Origin: Candidatus Latescibacterota bacterium
GTDB lineage: Bacteria; Latescibacterota; UBA2968; UBA8231
Reading direction: 5' to 3'
DNA: 64,000 nucleotides
Assembly (NCBI GenBank): GCA_963422735.1
Contig: OY730476.1
Coordinates: 4,640,001 to 4,704,000, forward strand
Shown piece after piece: positions 20,209-29,336 of the stretch. Numbering within the stretch: position 1 is the first letter of the stretch; every line of letters begins with the position of its first letter. The notes beneath the pieces are model-generated. The model searched no databases. It worked only from the letters and a program-made list of their open reading frames with translations, and was not told where the DNA came from. The translations under genes were made by a program, and so were the position numbers.

Positions 20209-20289
20209 ATGAACGTATCGCCTCACATTCGTCGCTGGTGGCGCACTTGGTATTTCCCGAGCCGGGAGAAAGGTGCGTCCATCCGCTAG
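20209..20289 (+). CDS. trpL: Trp operon leader peptide (26 aa)
   Basis: MNVSPHIRRWWRTWYFPSREKGASIR*: WW plus W, between the promoter and the terminator upstream of trpE. Confidence 0.85.
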   Translation: MNVSPHIRRWWRTWYFPSREKGASIR

Positions 20290-20314
20290 CTGCGACGAGA
20301 TGAATTTTCAATCC

Positions 20315-20347
20315 AACGCGGACGCCCTCGGGTGTCCGCGTTTTTTT
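20315..20347 (+). terminator. Attenuator terminator hairpin
   Basis: AACGCGGACGCC-CTCG-GGTGTCCGCG followed by T7; GCGTCC at 20275-20280 can pair with GGACGC as the antiterminator. Confidence 0.88.
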
Positions 20348-20363
20348 GTACTTGGAGAACGCC

Positions 20364-22541
20364 ATGACCATTCACACGCAAACCTTTCGCACGGCGGGTG
20401 GCGTTGAAGTCAAGCGCCAGACCGAAGAATTGCCCATAGAAAGGCCACTAAATTCCCTGCTCAAACGGCTCAACACCCATCGGGGTGCCGTCTTTGCCAG
20501 CGGCTACGAGTATCCAGGGCGCTATAGTCGCTGGGACATTGGCTTCGTCGATCCGCCACTGGAGCTGGTGGCGCGCCAGCGCGCTTTTGCCTTCCGAGCG
20601 CTCAACGCACGCGGCGAGATGTTGCTGGAGACCTTTCATAGCAGCCTCGCCAAGCACGAACACGTGACAAAGCTGGAGCTAGCCGATGGCCAGCTCAAAG
20701 GCGCGGTGGCGCAGATGCCCAAGTACTTCCCGGAAGAGGAGCGCTCCAAGCAGCCGACGATCTTCAGCGTCCTGCGCGCACTGGTGGCGCAGATGCGAGC
20801 CGAGGGCGAAAATCACTTGGGCTTTTACGGGGCGCTGGGCTACGATCTAGTACTCCAGTTTGAGCCGCTCCAACTGCGCCACCCGCGCCAAGAGAACCGG
20901 CCCGATCTGCACCTCTTTTTGCCAGACGAACTGGTTGTCGTCGATCACCGCAAGGAGCAGGCGCGGCGTTACCGCTATGAATTTGCCGCCGACGGGTTGT
21001 CAACCGAGGGCATGGAGCGAAGCACGGACGCTGTGGCTTGTGTGCGCGGCGCAGCGTCCGAGATCGCGTGCGACCACGCCCCTGGAGAATACGCCGACAA
21101 GGTGCGCGAGGTCATCGCCGGTACTGAGCGCGGCGACTTCTTTGAGGTGACGCCGAGTCAAGTGCTCAGCGCCGGCTATGCGGGCAGCCCGCACAACCTC
21201 TTTGAGAATATCCGCCGCACTAGCCCCAGTCCCTATGAGTTCTTCATCAACCTCGGCGACGAGTATCTGATCGGTGCTTCGCCCGAGATGTTCGTGCGGG
21301 TCAATGGGTCATTCATTGAGACTTGTCCGATTGCCGGGACCATCGGCCGTGGCAAAACCGCGATGGAGGACGCCGAGCAGATCCGCGACTTACTCAACTC
21401 AAAAAAGGACGAGGCCGAGTTGAACATGTGTACGGACGTGGACCGCAACGACAAAGCGCGGATCTGCAAAGAAGGCTCAGTACGGGTGGTGGGGCGGCAG
21501 ATGATTGAAAAGTACTCAAAGGTCTTTCACACCGTGGACCAAGTCGTAGGCGAACTGAAGGACGACTGCGACGGATTCGACGCCCTGCTTTCGCACATGT
21601 GGGCGGTGACGCTTACTGGTGCGCCCAAACCGGCAGCCATGCAGAAGATCGAGGAATTGGAAAACTCGGCGCGGCGCTGGTACGGTGGCTGCGTCGGCAT
21701 GCTGCTCTTTAGCGGCGAGATCAACACCGGGATCACCATCCGCACTATACACTTGGAGGACGGCATCGCCAAAGTACGGGCCGGGGCGACCCTACTCTGC
21801 GACTCCGACCCCGACGCTGAGGAGCGCGAAACTCGGGCCAAGGCCGAGACCTTTATCAACGCGGTGATCGGCGCGGACGACGCCAAGAAGAAGAGCGCCC
21901 CTATCGCGACTACGGGCCAGGGCAAGCGGGTGCTCTTCGTCGATAACCGCGACTCTTTCGTGCATACGCTCGGCGATTACGTGCGGCAGACGGGAGCGGA
22001 GGTGGTGACGGTACGCGCCGCAAGGTCGCGCGACGGCAGCGGTGCGCGGGGCCTGCGCGACCTTCAGCGCGTCTTCGCTGACTTTGATCCCGATATGATT
22101 TTTATCTCTCCGGGGCCCGGCACGCCCGAGGAGTTCGGCGTACCGGAACTGGTCAACGAGTGCATGCGGCGCGAACTGCCGGTCTTCGGCGTGTGTCTCG
22201 GCTTGCAGGGCATCGTCGAGGCGCTCGGCGGCGAGCTAGGAGTACTTTCCTACCCGATGCACGGCAAAAGTTCGACGGTCCGCTGCACGCCCGAAGGGAT
22301 TTTCGATGGCTTTCCCACGGAATTCGTCGCTGGCCGCTACCACTCGCTTTATGCCGTGCCGGAGAAGTTGCCAGCGTGTCTGCGGGTCTTGGCGCAGACC
22401 GACGACGGGGTCATCATGGCCGTGGAGCACTGCAAGTTGCCGGTGGCGGCCGTGCAGTTTCACCCCGAATCGATCTTGACGCTCAAGGACGATCTCGGCT
22501 TGCGGCTGATCGCCCGAGTAATAGGGAAGCTGGCGCGATGA
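20364..22541 (+). CDS. trpE: Anthranilate synthase, fused TrpE-TrpG
   Basis: SGYEYPGRYSRWD, PSPYEF, GASPEMFVRV, ETCPIAGT, TGAPK; C-terminal GATase DSFVHTL, GVCLG, FHPES. Confidence 0.93.
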   Translation: MTIHTQTFRTAGGVEVKRQTEELPIERPLNSLLKRLNTHRGAVFASGYEYPGRYSRWDIGFVDPPLELVARQRAFAFRALNARGEMLLETFHSSLAKHEHVTKLELADGQLKGAVAQMPKYFPEEERSKQPTIFSVLRALVAQMRAEGENHLGFYGALGYDLVLQFEPLQLRHPRQENRPDLHLFLPDELVVVDHRKEQARRYRYEFAADGLSTEGMERSTDAVACVRGAASEIACDHAPGEYADKVREVIAGTERGDFFEVTPSQVLSAGYAGSPHNLFENIRRTSPSPYEFFINLGDEYLIGASPEMFVRVNGSFIETCPIAGTIGRGKTAMEDAEQIRDLLNSKKDEAELNMCTDVDRNDKARICKEGSVRVVGRQMIEKYSKVFHTVDQVVGELKDDCDGFDALLSHMWAVTLTGAPKPAAMQKIEELENSARRWYGGCVGMLLFSGEINTGITIRTIHLEDGIAKVRAGATLLCDSDPDAEERETRAKAETFINAVIGADDAKKKSAPIATTGQGKRVLFVDNRDSFVHTLGDYVRQTGAEVVTVRAARSRDGSGARGLRDLQRVFADFDPDMIFISPGPGTPEEFGVPELVNECMRRELPVFGVCLGLQGIVEALGGELGVLSYPMHGKSSTVRCTPEGIFDGFPTEFVAGRYHSLYAVPEKLPACLRVLAQTDDGVIMAVEHCKLPVAAVQFHPESILTLKDDLGLRLIARVIGKLAR

Positions 22542-22910
22542 TACACATCTACGGAATTCGCCAAGAACTGGATCCGATCAAAGCCGAATTGTCGGATGTA
22601 GTCAACGTCTGTATGGTCGAGGTCCTAGACTTTCCCGCCAACAAACGCGCCCATTGATTCTTCCCGATGGCGAAGGAGAACTTCTACTATCCAGCAGGGC
22701 GGACAGATGCCTATATCGTCCATGATGCAGGGCCGTTTGCAGCAAGCGCGCAAACGGCTGATTCGCTTGCTTTTTGCACGCATTAAAGAAAAGCTAGGCA
22801 TTGAGCCAAGCGACGTGGAGGTCGTGATATTTGAAAGTCCGGTATGCCATTTCGGTTTTCGCGGCACGACTGGAGACGAGGCTGCGCTAGAGTACAAAAT
22901 CGACGTCTGA
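22538..22910 (+). pseudogene. Tautomerase-family protein pseudogene
   Basis: MIHIYGIR...KRAH-TGA-FFPM...YYPAGRTDAY, frameshift to MMQGR...FGFRGTTGDEAALEYKIDV*. Confidence 0.75.
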
Positions 22911-22958
22911 GGCCCATTATTTAGTGGCTAGTAGTTTTCAGCTTTACACTGCACAACC

Positions 22959-23522
22959 ATGTTGCTGATACTTGATAACTACGACTCCTTTACCTACAAT
23001 TTGGTGCATTATTTAGAAGAATTAGGGGCTGCGACCAAGGTCTTGCGCAACGATGAATTGACGGTCGCCGAAGCGGTTGCACTCGCACCTGAGCGCGTCG
23101 TCATCTCGCCTGGTCCTGGCGGCCCAGAGCAAGCTGGAATTTCGTGCACACTCGTCGAGCGGTTGGCCGGTGTGATTCCCATTTTAGGCGTGTGCTTGGG
23201 GCATCAAGTCATCGCCCAAGTTTATGGCGGACACATCGTGCGGGCTGATGAGATTGTTCACGGTTGGGCAACACCCGTGCAACACGACGGCCGCATGCTG
23301 TTCGCTGGTCTGCAAAATCCCTTCGTCGCCACCCGCTATCACTCGCTGGCGGTCGAGCGAGCGAGTTTGCCCGAATGCCTGCAAGTATCGGCCACGAGCG
23401 AAGGCGGGACGATCATGGGAATCCGGCACCGGCGATGGCCCCTCGAAGGGGTGCAGTTCCATCCCGAATCGATTCTGACCACAGAAGGCAAACAACTACT
23501 AGCTAATTTTCTTCGCTTATGA
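22959..23522 (+). CDS. trpG: Anthranilate/aminodeoxychorismate synthase component II (TrpG/PabA)
   Basis: DNYDSFTYNL, SPGPG, GVCLGHQ, RYHSL, QFHPES. Confidence 0.9.
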   Translation: MLLILDNYDSFTYNLVHYLEELGAATKVLRNDELTVAEAVALAPERVVISPGPGGPEQAGISCTLVERLAGVIPILGVCLGHQVIAQVYGGHIVRADEIVHGWATPVQHDGRMLFAGLQNPFVATRYHSLAVERASLPECLQVSATSEGGTIMGIRHRRWPLEGVQFHPESILTTEGKQLLANFLRL

Positions 23523-23533
23523 GGAGCGCGAGC

Positions 23534-24544
23534 ATGATACAAGAAGCCATAAAAGACCTGATCGCCGGAGTGGACTTGGGCCGCGCTAAGACACGAGCGG
23601 TAATGGAGCAGATTATGAGTGGCCAAGCCACAGACGCCCAGATCGGCGCGTTTCTCGTCGCCTTGCGTATCAAGGGCGAGACCATCGACGAGATCGTCGG
23701 CTGCGCCGAAGTCATGCGCGAGAAAGCCACGCCGATAGGGACGGTGCGCCCCGATCTGATCGACACCTGCGGCACTGGCGGCGATGCTTCGAGCACCTTC
23801 AATATCTCTACGACAGTAGCCTTTGTCGCTTGCGGTGCCGGTTTAGCGGTGGCCAAGCACGGCAACCGTTCAATATCGAGCCAATGTGGCTCGGCGGATG
23901 TGTTGGCCGCGCTAGGGATCAATATCGCAGCTTCGCCGGAAAAGGTCGGCGAGTGTATCGACAAAGTCGGCATCGGCTTCCTCTTCGCGATAGCCTTGCA
24001 CGGGGCGATGAAACACGCCATCGGTCCGCGCCGGGAGCTAGCTACTCGCACGGTTTTTAATATCTTGGGGCCACTGACCAATCCGGCCGGGGCCAAAAGG
24101 CAATTGCTCGGCGTGTTCGACGGCGCGTTGACCGAGGTGCTCGCCGGGGTGCTGCGCGAGTTGGGATCGGAGCGGGCCTTGGTAGTACACGGCTCGGACG
24201 GGCTGGATGAGATCACGCTGACAGGGCCGACGCAGGTCAGCGAACTTAGAGACGGGCAAATAAGTACGCGCCAGATCTACCCGGAGGATTTTGGTTTGCA
24301 AGTGGCCGCAGCCGAATCACTCAAAGGTGGCGACGCGGCCTACAACGCGCGCATTCTGCGCGAAGTGCTCGATGGCAGAGAAGGGCCGCAGCGCGACGTG
24401 GCACTGCTCAACGCGGCGGCCGCGATAGTTGTTGGCGGGCTGGCCGAGGATATGAGTGCCGGTCTCGAATTGGCCCGGGCGTCTATCGACTCGGGCCGGG
24501 CACGCCGATCTCTGGATCGGCTGGTCGAGGTGAGCAACGGCTAG
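23534..24544 (+). CDS. trpD: Anthranilate phosphoribosyltransferase
   Basis: DTCGTGGD, NISTT, KHGNRSISS, GLDE. Confidence 0.95.
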   Translation: MIQEAIKDLIAGVDLGRAKTRAVMEQIMSGQATDAQIGAFLVALRIKGETIDEIVGCAEVMREKATPIGTVRPDLIDTCGTGGDASSTFNISTTVAFVACGAGLAVAKHGNRSISSQCGSADVLAALGINIAASPEKVGECIDKVGIGFLFAIALHGAMKHAIGPRRELATRTVFNILGPLTNPAGAKRQLLGVFDGALTEVLAGVLRELGSERALVVHGSDGLDEITLTGPTQVSELRDGQISTRQIYPEDFGLQVAAAESLKGGDAAYNARILREVLDGREGPQRDVALLNAAAAIVVGGLAEDMSAGLELARASIDSGRARRSLDRLVEVSNG

Positions 24545-24603
24545 TACATCACCAACTCCTAGCCGGGGCGGAAGTGCCCGGCCCACTCAAAGGAGAATCA
24601 ACC

Positions 24604-24803
24604 GTGACCGAGTTGAGCCCCGACCCGCTGGAGCAGATGGACAAGCGGGTCGACAGCATCGAGACCCGACAGCGCGAGGACGCCAACACCGTCAACCAGC
24701 ATATCGACGCCCTCAATGGCCGCATCGGCGCGTTGACATCCAGTTAAGTACCTTTATCGCGCTGGTTGGCTTGCTGGTAACGAGCCTATTGAAGCTACCC
24801 TAG
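24604..24803 (+). pseudogene. Small coiled-coil + C-terminal TM protein remnant, similar in architecture to 15264..15505
   Basis: AAGGAG SD; MTELSPDPLEQMDKRVDSIETRQRED...NGRIGAL, frameshift to IQLSTFIALVGLLVTSLLKLP*. Confidence 0.55.
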
Positions 24804-24814
24804 CCACGAACCAA

Positions 24815-25594
24815 ATGGCAGATATTCTCAGCGAAATAGCCGCGTACAAACGCGAATTCGTCGCCGACTGCAAGCGCCAGCGCAGCCTAGCGGATGTGCG
24901 TGCTCACGCCCGCGATACGCCCGCGCCGGCCGATTTCCAAGGTGCGCTGGCTACGGACGAGATCGCGCTGATCGCCGAGGTAAAAAAAGCCTCGCCGTCC
25001 AAGGGCGTCATCCGCGCCGACTTCGACCCGGAGCGGATCGCCTCGGCGTATGCCGCCAACGGCGCGCGCTGTCTTTCGATATTGACGGACGAGGCGTATT
25101 TTCAGGGGTGTGACGCGCATTTGCAGATTGCCAAGGCGGTTGCGGGCTTGCCGGTGTTGCGCAAGGATTTCACCATTGACGAGTACCAGCTCTACGAGGC
25201 CCGCGTCATCGGCGCGGACGCCATTTTGCTGATCGCAGCACTCATGGACTCCAGCCAGCTCGACGACTACCTTGGCCTAGCCGGCGAATTGGAATTAGAC
25301 GCGCTGGTCGAAGTCCACGATGATGGGGAACTGGCGTACACCAAAGCGGCCGGTGCCCGGCTCATCGGCGTCAATAACCGCGATCTGCGGACCTTTGAGA
25401 CAACCTTGGAGACGACCTTCGCTCTTTTAGATCAGATGCCGGAGGAGGCAGTCGTCGTCAGCGAGAGCGGAATTGAACACCGCGGCGATGTCGAGCGGCT
25501 CGCCGCCGCCGGCGTCGATGCGATCTTGGTCGGCGAATCCCTGATGCGCGAAGCCGATATTGGGACCAAAGTGAGGGAGCTATTGGGCACGTGA
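24815..25594 (+). CDS. trpC: Indole-3-glycerol phosphate synthase
   Basis: IAEVKKASPSKG, LRKDF, GVNNRDL, VSESG. Confidence 0.95.
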   Translation: MADILSEIAAYKREFVADCKRQRSLADVRAHARDTPAPADFQGALATDEIALIAEVKKASPSKGVIRADFDPERIASAYAANGARCLSILTDEAYFQGCDAHLQIAKAVAGLPVLRKDFTIDEYQLYEARVIGADAILLIAALMDSSQLDDYLGLAGELELDALVEVHDDGELAYTKAAGARLIGVNNRDLRTFETTLETTFALLDQMPEEAVVVSESGIEHRGDVERLAAAGVDAILVGESLMREADIGTKVRELLGT

Positions 25595-26574
25595 AAAAAC
25601 GAGTATTTTCGGGCATTCAGCCTTCGGGCCACATCCATATCGGCAACTACATCGGGGCCGTCCGCAATTGGCTGGTCAATCTAGAGGACCGCGACAATAT
25701 CTTCTGCGTGGTCGATCAGCACGCGATCACCGTGCCCTACGACCCGGAGGCCTTGCGCCGCGGCACGCGCGAGGCCGTGGCCCTGTACATCGCCTGCGGC
25801 CTCGATCCGCAAAAGTGTCGCCTCTTCGTGCAGTCGCACATCCCGGCGCACACTGAGTTGGCTTGGCTTTTGACCTGCGTCACGCCCATGGGCTGGCTGG
25901 AGAGGATGACCCAGTTCAAAGATCGGGTGGGTGCGCGGCGCGAGCGCGTCGGCACCGGGTTGTTCGTCTATCCGACGTTGATGGCCGCCGATATCCTGCT
26001 CTACCAAGCGCACGAGGTCCCCGTCGGCGACGACCAAAAACAGCACGTGGAACTGACGCGCGACATTGCCGAGCGCTTCAACCGCCAGTTCGGCGAGGTC
26101 TTCACCGTGCCCGAGCCGGTCATTCCCCAAATCGGAGCGCGGATCATGGGGCTCGACGATCCAACCGCGAAAATGTCTAAGTCCGCCGAGGGCCGGTTTC
26201 ACAGCATCGGCTTGCTCGATGATCCAGCCACCGTCCGCAAGGCCATCATGCGTGCGGTGACGGATTCGCAGCGGGACATTGTCTTCGACCCGCTGCGTCC
26301 CGGATTGTACAACCTCCTGACAATCTACCAGGCGTTGACCGGCCTAGAGCACGCCAAGATCGAGGCGCATTTTGCCGGCAAGGGCTACGGCGACTTGAAA
26401 AAGGAACTGGCCGAAGTGGTCATCGCCGAGATCGAGCCGATCCAAGCCCGCTATCGGGAGTTGACAGCGGATCCCACCTATATTGACGAGGTGCTCGCCG
26501 CCGGCGTGGAGAGACTGCGCCCGGTCGTTGACGCAACAATGGATGCAGTCCGCCGGGCCATGGGCCATCGGTAA
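25591..26574 (+). CDS. trpS: Tryptophan--tRNA ligase
   Basis: SGIQPSG, HIGN, YPTLMAADIL, VPVGDDQKQH, KMSKS. Confidence 0.97.
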   Translation: MKKRVFSGIQPSGHIHIGNYIGAVRNWLVNLEDRDNIFCVVDQHAITVPYDPEALRRGTREAVALYIACGLDPQKCRLFVQSHIPAHTELAWLLTCVTPMGWLERMTQFKDRVGARRERVGTGLFVYPTLMAADILLYQAHEVPVGDDQKQHVELTRDIAERFNRQFGEVFTVPEPVIPQIGARIMGLDDPTAKMSKSAEGRFHSIGLLDDPATVRKAIMRAVTDSQRDIVFDPLRPGLYNLLTIYQALTGLEHAKIEAHFAGKGYGDLKKELAEVVIAEIEPIQARYRELTADPTYIDEVLAAGVERLRPVVDATMDAVRRAMGHR

Positions 26575-26584
26575 AGGAGCAGCT

Positions 26585-26848
26585 ATGGAACTAAGTGACT
26601 GGCGCGAACGCATAGATGGTATCGACCATCAACTGATCGATCTGCTCAACGAGCGCATGCACTGCGCACAAGAGATCGGGCGGATCAAAAAGGCCGCGGG
26701 AAAACCAATACGCGATCCCAAGCGCGAGCTCGATGTGATCGCCAAGATCAAAGCCTATAACCAAGGGGTGATTAAGGACGAGGCCCTAGAGAAGCTCTAC
26801 TGGCTGCTCATCGATCTGACCACCAACTTCGAGCGCGAGGAGGCTTAG
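26585..26848 (+). CDS. Chorismate mutase (AroQ class)
   Basis: LSDWRERIDGID...LLNERM...IGRIK...RDPKRE; AAGGAG SD. Confidence 0.88.
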   Translation: MELSDWRERIDGIDHQLIDLLNERMHCAQEIGRIKKAAGKPIRDPKRELDVIAKIKAYNQGVIKDEALEKLYWLLIDLTTNFEREEA

Positions 26849-26850
26849 CT

Positions 26851-27945
26851 TTCTTCCGGCGAGCAGTCATCGTCGGCGTGGGCCTGATTGGCGGCTCCAT
26901 AGGCTTGGCGCTCCAGCGCACCGGCTTTGGTGGGCGGCTTGTGGGCGTCAGCCGCCCCGCAACCATCGCCCGCGCGCTGGAGTTGGGCGTGATTGACGAG
27001 GGTTGGGGCTACGACGAGTTGCAGCGCGCACTCAAAGGAGCCGACCTAGTCTTTATCTGCACCCCTATCAAGCGGATTCTCACGCTGATTGCGGAAGTGG
27101 GTCGGCTCGCCGAGTTGGGGACACTCGTTACCGACGTGGGGAGCACCAAGCGGCGCATCGTCGCCGCGGCCCAAGCCCATTTCAGCGACGAGGTGTACTT
27201 TGTCGGCGGCCACCCAATGGCTGGCTCTGAAAAGGCGGGCGTGGTCGCGGCCGATCCGTTCCTCTTCCAGAATGCGATCTATATTTTGGTTCCCGACCAA
27301 AAGGTGCCAGCCGACCGCTACCAAGCACTGACCGCTCTCTTGCGACAGATCGGAGCGCGGGTGATGGAGCTAGACGCTGGAGCACACGATCAAGCCGTAG
27401 CCGCTATCAGCCACCTGCCGCAAATGTTGGCGACCTCGCTGGTGGGCATGGTGGGGCGGCTGAATGCCGAGCGGGACCACTTCCTGCCGCTGGCCGCTGG
27501 TGGTTTCCGCGATTTGACGCGGATTGCCTCCAGCCCATTCGCGCCGGTGTGGGAGGATATCTGCGCGACCAATGCCGACGAGATCCGCGCGATGATCGAT
27601 CGCTATATCGCCGCGCTCGCGGATGTGAGGGGGCGGCTGAAGGCAGAGGATCTAAAGGCGAATTTCGATTTTGCCAACGAGATTCGGGGGTCCATCCCGA
27701 GGGATTCAAAGGGATTTATCCACGCGCTGTACGAAATCTTGGTGCTAGCCGAGGACCGGCCGGGCGTCATCGCCGAGATTGGGCAGGCGCTGGGGGCACA
27801 AGGGGTAAACATCAACGATATTGAGGTGATGAAGGTGCGCGAAGGCGAGGGGGGGACGCTGCGGCTGGGGTTTGACAGCGCGGCGAGCGCGGAAAACGCG
27901 CTGGAAATTTTGACCAAGCTCGGATATGCAGCGCGGAGGCCCTAG
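26851..27945 (+). CDS. tyrA: Prephenate/arogenate dehydrogenase with C-terminal ACT domain (start codon uncertain)
   Basis: (F)FRRAVIVGVGLIGGS, TDVGSTK, GGHPMAGSE, HDQAVAAISHLP, GFRDLTRIA, ACT DRPGVIA. Confidence 0.9.
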   Translation, partial: FFRRAVIVGVGLIGGSIGLALQRTGFGGRLVGVSRPATIARALELGVIDEGWGYDELQRALKGADLVFICTPIKRILTLIAEVGRLAELGTLVTDVGSTKRRIVAAAQAHFSDEVYFVGGHPMAGSEKAGVVAADPFLFQNAIYILVPDQKVPADRYQALTALLRQIGARVMELDAGAHDQAVAAISHLPQMLATSLVGMVGRLNAERDHFLPLAAGGFRDLTRIASSPFAPVWEDICATNADEIRAMIDRYIAALADVRGRLKAEDLKANFDFANEIRGSIPRDSKGFIHALYEILVLAEDRPGVIAEIGQALGAQGVNINDIEVMKVREGEGGTLRLGFDSAASAENALEILTKLGYAARRP

Positions 27946-27948
27946 GCT

Positions 27949-29193
27949 GTGGAAGCAATCGCAACCCCAGCCAAGAAAATTGCGGGGCAGATCTCGGTGC
28001 CCGGAGAGCGGGAGCCAGCCGAACGCGCGCTTGTGCTGGCCGCACTGAGCGAAGGGGATAGTGCCGTCCGCAACGCACCCGTTGCCGCTGGCCGCGTAGT
28101 CGCTCTGTTGCGCGAGTTGGGCGTTGACATTGCCGAGCGCACAGGTGCTTATGCAGTGCGCGGCGTTGGGCTGCGGGGGTTTCAGTGCGCAGCGGCCCCA
28201 ATTGACCTAGCAGGGTTGGGCGACACTGCGCTGTTGTTGCTTTCCCTACTCGCCGGGCAACCGTTTCGCTCGCGGGTGAAGTTGGGAATGGAAGCCGAGC
28301 GGTGTCGGCCCTTGCTCGACCTGCTGGCCCAGCTTGGGCTCGCCGTAGAACAGGAGTGTGCGGACATTTTTGTAGCCGGAGGACAGCAGGCCAAAGGGTG
28401 CGTCCTCTCCGAGGCACCCACGACCGACGCCTTAGCGCTGGGCGCGATAGTCGGTGCGCTCTTTGCCGAGGGGACGACCGCGCTGAAAACCGGCAGCCGC
28501 TTGGAGCGATTGTTGCGCGGGCGCGGGGTTGCCGTTGAGCGGCGCAAACTGCTGTCGGTAGAGGGCGGGCAGGTGCTGCAGGGGGTTGACGTAGAGGTGC
28601 CCGGGCAACTCGCGTTGGCGTATCCGCTCATGGGGGCCGCGCTGTGTTGCAAGGGGTCGGAGATAACCATCAAGCGCGTGGCCATTCGCCCTCGGCAACG
28701 AGCCTTCTTGGATTTGCTGCGGCAGATTGGAGCGCAGATCGCCGCGGCAGACCTCGGGGAAAAGCGCGAGGAAGCGACGCGCTTTGAGTGCGATTTGCAC
28801 GTGCGTACCAGCCAGTTAAAAGCCACGCGCGTGGCTGGACCGCGGGCGGCCAAAGTCGCCGACCAGATCGCGCTGTTAGCGGTATTGGCGACCCAGGGGA
28901 CGGGGACGACGGTCATTCGCGATATCGAAGACATGCCGCACGTGGAGCATTTATGCGCCGCGTTGCGCTCGCTCGATGCGCGGATTGGCCAGTTCCCGGA
29001 GGGGCTCGTCATCAAAGGCGGCTTCCCGCTAAAGGGCGGCCAGCTCGACGGCAAGGGCGACCCTGGTTTAACCATGGCCTTTGCCGTGGCCGGGCTGTTG
29101 GCCGAAGGGGAACTGACCATCGAAGGCAGCGAGTGCTTGACGCCCGTTTGGCCCAATTTTTTTGAGACCGTACGATTTATGCAAGGAGATTGA
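27949..29193 (+). CDS. aroA: EPSP synthase (AroA)-fold protein with degenerate active site
   Basis: Collinear with class II AroA (ISVPG..RALVLAAL, LAVLATQG.GTTVIRD, MAFAVAGL, PNFF), but the substrate-binding motifs are altered. Confidence 0.7.
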   Translation: MEAIATPAKKIAGQISVPGEREPAERALVLAALSEGDSAVRNAPVAAGRVVALLRELGVDIAERTGAYAVRGVGLRGFQCAAAPIDLAGLGDTALLLLSLLAGQPFRSRVKLGMEAERCRPLLDLLAQLGLAVEQECADIFVAGGQQAKGCVLSEAPTTDALALGAIVGALFAEGTTALKTGSRLERLLRGRGVAVERRKLLSVEGGQVLQGVDVEVPGQLALAYPLMGAALCCKGSEITIKRVAIRPRQRAFLDLLRQIGAQIAAADLGEKREEATRFECDLHVRTSQLKATRVAGPRAAKVADQIALLAVLATQGTGTTVIRDIEDMPHVEHLCAALRSLDARIGQFPEGLVIKGGFPLKGGQLDGKGDPGLTMAFAVAGLLAEGELTIEGSECLTPVWPNFFETVRFMQGD

Positions 29194-29195
29194 AT

Positions 29196-29336
29196 ATGCG
29201 AGGACTCTTTCGGCTCTTTATGTGCGCGGCTATGCTGCTGGGCGGCGGCCTACTCGTCATCCGCTTGCTCTACGGAGTATCGTGGCGCGAATCCTTTGAG
29301 ATTGCCAACTGCTTCGTCGAGGATTTGCTCGGGTGA
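29196..29336 (+). CDS. 46-aa single-TM microprotein (not in the ORF track)
   Basis: AAGGAG SD; MRGLFRLFMCAAMLLGGGLLVIRLLYGVSWRESFEIANCFVEDLLG*; TGA overlaps the aroE GTG. Confidence 0.65.
   Translation: MRGLFRLFMCAAMLLGGGLLVIRLLYGVSWRESFEIANCFVEDLLG

Noticed and set aside
22655-22657. In-frame TGA in the tautomerase gene as selenocysteine or recoded Trp
   Set aside because: Position fits Arg (CGA->TGA), the gene has a second frameshift, and TGA is a normal stop elsewhere in the window
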